A stretch of 60,216 bases of DNA from a virus. The position numbers and the translations under genes were made by a program. A model generated the notes under the pieces. That model did no database searches and was not told the origin of the DNA. It worked only from the letters and a program-made list of their open reading frames with translations. The stretch lies in IMG/VR virus record IMGVR_UViG_3300044783_000109, positions 1 to 60,216 of that record; one strand, written 5' to 3'. Shown here piece by piece: positions 59,181-60,216 of this stretch (within the stretch, counting starts at the first letter, position 1; each line of letters opens with the position of its first letter).

Positions 59181-59578
59181 CCGAGAAGCGCCGCAGTTTG
59201 ACTTCCGTTAATTGATGGTTGGCTTGGAATTACGGCTGAAGAGGGCCGAGAACCCTCACCTGAAGTCTTCCAATGCGCCGCAGCTCGGACTTGCCGAGAA
59301 AGCGCCCAGCCCGCTGGCCTGCCCGGATGTGTCGTCTGGGACCGGGGCGGACGGGGCGGCCAGGGGGTGAATGTAGGGGAGGAAATGGGATGGCAGCAGT
59401 CGGCGCCTTGAAAAATGACCGGCGGGTTTCGACACCCGCTGCGTCTGAGCTATACCCACTTGAAAACGGTTCGGGTAGGGGCCGGGTCAGCTCCCTGACC
59501 TCCGGGTGTGACGCCGGCTGCTCTTTTTAACGACCCTCGCGGTTCACCGTTCTTCCTTCGCGTCCTTCCGCGATGCGG

Positions 59579-60019
59579 TCAATTCATATCACCAATCCCA
59601 TTCCTTGGGGTGGAAGTCAATGGGGTAACCCGCCGACCTTCCCTCACGAGTTCCACCATTCGCTCGTGGAGACGCGCTTCAAATCTGCCGACTGAAAGCT
59701 GGAAAAGGAAAACCTTCTTGGCGACGACTTCCATCCTCGTCTTCTTCTCGTCCACTCGATCGAGGAAGACCGCTACCCTTTCGCCAAAGCTGAAGGCCGA
59801 CAGCCCCCTCTCAGCGAGGAGAATGCCATCCTTCTCGAAGCTCCCGGCCACCGAAAGGTCCAGGTCGTTTGCAACCCTGGGGAGTAGCCTCCAAAGCTCC
59901 TCGAATGACGCGAAGTAGTTCACCGTGATGCCCGACCCTCGGGCGGCGCGTGCGTCCGCCAGCGTGTTGCAGCCGGCAAGGTGGAGGAGGAGGGAAAGAA
60001 GAAGGAACGAATTCTTCAT
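59579..60019 (-). CDS. Lipoprotein (146 aa)
   Basis: Internal ATG preceded by AAGGA. MKNSFLLLSLLLHLAGC gives a signal peptide with a canonical L-A-G-C lipobox. Starts 22 nt downstream of the OMP-like stop. Confidence 0.7.
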   Translation of the reverse strand: MKNSFLLLSLLLHLAGCNTLADARAARGSGITVNYFASFEELWRLLPRVANDLDLSVAGSFEKDGILLAERGLSAFSFGERVAVFLDRVDEKKTRMEVVAKKVFLFQLSVGRFEARLHERMVELVREGRRVTPLTSTPRNGIGDMN

Positions 60020-60041
60020 GGGCAAGATCCTTCGCTCTTCC

Positions 60042-60216
60042 TCAAAAAGGGAACCGGAACTCGATGAAGCCGAGCTGGATTTCGCTGATGCCGTCCGCGC
60101 CACCGGGCCGGTCATAAATGCGGTAGTAGATGTACCGGTACCCCGCGCGGATCTCGAAGTTCCACACCGGCTGCGATAGGATTCCAGCTTCGGCCCGCAC
60201 CTCGAGCCCCTCGGTG
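60042..60216 (-). CDS. 3' end of the junction-spanning OMP-like gene (60090-60216 duplicates 1-127; the unique tail is 60042-60089)
   Basis: In phase with 1..750 across the overlap. Reads ...GISEIQLGFIEFRFPF then TGA at 60044-60042. Confidence 0.7.
   Translation of the reverse strand, partial: TEGLEVRAEAGILSQPVWNFEIRAGYRYIYYRIYDRPGGADGISEIQLGFIEFRFPF
60090..60216. repeat. Terminal overlap copy B (identical to 1..127)
   Basis: Read directly; see copy A. Confidence 0.95.

Larger units (their letters stand above)
1..60089. mobile_element. Complete circular genome of a temperate tailed phage (siphovirus-like); unique length 60,089 bp
   Basis: Exact 127-nt end overlap plus an ORF reading through the junction. 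Contains integrase, tRNA, terminase, portal, capsid, tail, lysis and methylase modules. Confidence 0.8.

Overview
The window is one complete, circularly closing mobile genome, not a chromosomal slice. Its first 127 nt are repeated exactly as its last 127 nt. An ORF running from a signal peptide to a terminal Phe (outer-membrane-protein-like) reads seamlessly through that junction, so the unique length is 60,089 bp. Gene content is that of a high-GC temperate tailed phage. A long non-contractile tail is inferred from the tube, the G/GT chaperones with a slippery site, and the tape measure.

Layout around the circle:
(i) A mixed-strand accessory/lysogeny arc runs from about 57.3 kb through the junction to 4.4 kb. 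It holds a zinc-ribbon paralogue, an unknown ORF, a HicB-like pair and a lipoprotein + beta-barrel OMP operon. It also holds a secreted dockerin-like protein, a tyrosine integrase with a translationally coupled partner, the second zinc-ribbon paralogue and a full-length tRNA-Arg(CCU). About 0.8 kb of non-coding DNA there is packed with hairpin/T-run terminators.
(ii) A ~24 kb plus-strand early/middle block holds ~60 mostly tiny ORFs chained by ATGA/GTGA overlaps. It includes a Cas4-like exonuclease, RecT and an SbcC/SMC-like ATPase, replisome-organiser/loader-like genes, and MmcB-like and DUF1064-like nucleases. It also includes a polysaccharide-lyase-like protein, an RlaP-type nucleotidyltransferase and two tandem sigma-70-family factors.
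(iii) The late block holds TerS, TerL, portal, MuF-like protein, scaffold, capsid and connector proteins. A four-gene insertion follows, including an 873-aa protein with 20 tandem 20-residue repeats. Then come the tube, the G/GT chaperones (G_GGA_AAC -1 slippery site) and the tape measure. The distal tail set is RcGTA-like (DUF2460, a DUF2163/BR0599 hub fused to LamG + lyase-like domains, NlpC/P60, host-specificity protein, DUF2793). Lysis candidates and a ParB-domain DNA methyltransferase close the block.

Most unusual observations:
- a 470-bp-period insertion of low-GC non-coding DNA, bounded by perfect 21-bp direct repeats, that duplicates the 3' end of a small ORF and breaks the otherwise near-universal translational coupling;
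- the multi-terminator leader;
- the repeat protein;
- paired Tat-signal paralogues;
- the OMP/lipoprotein/dockerin cargo.

No rRNA, CRISPR array, transposase, reverse transcriptase or recognisable CI/Cro repressor was seen. All functional calls come from motif recognition by eye and synteny; no database search was run.
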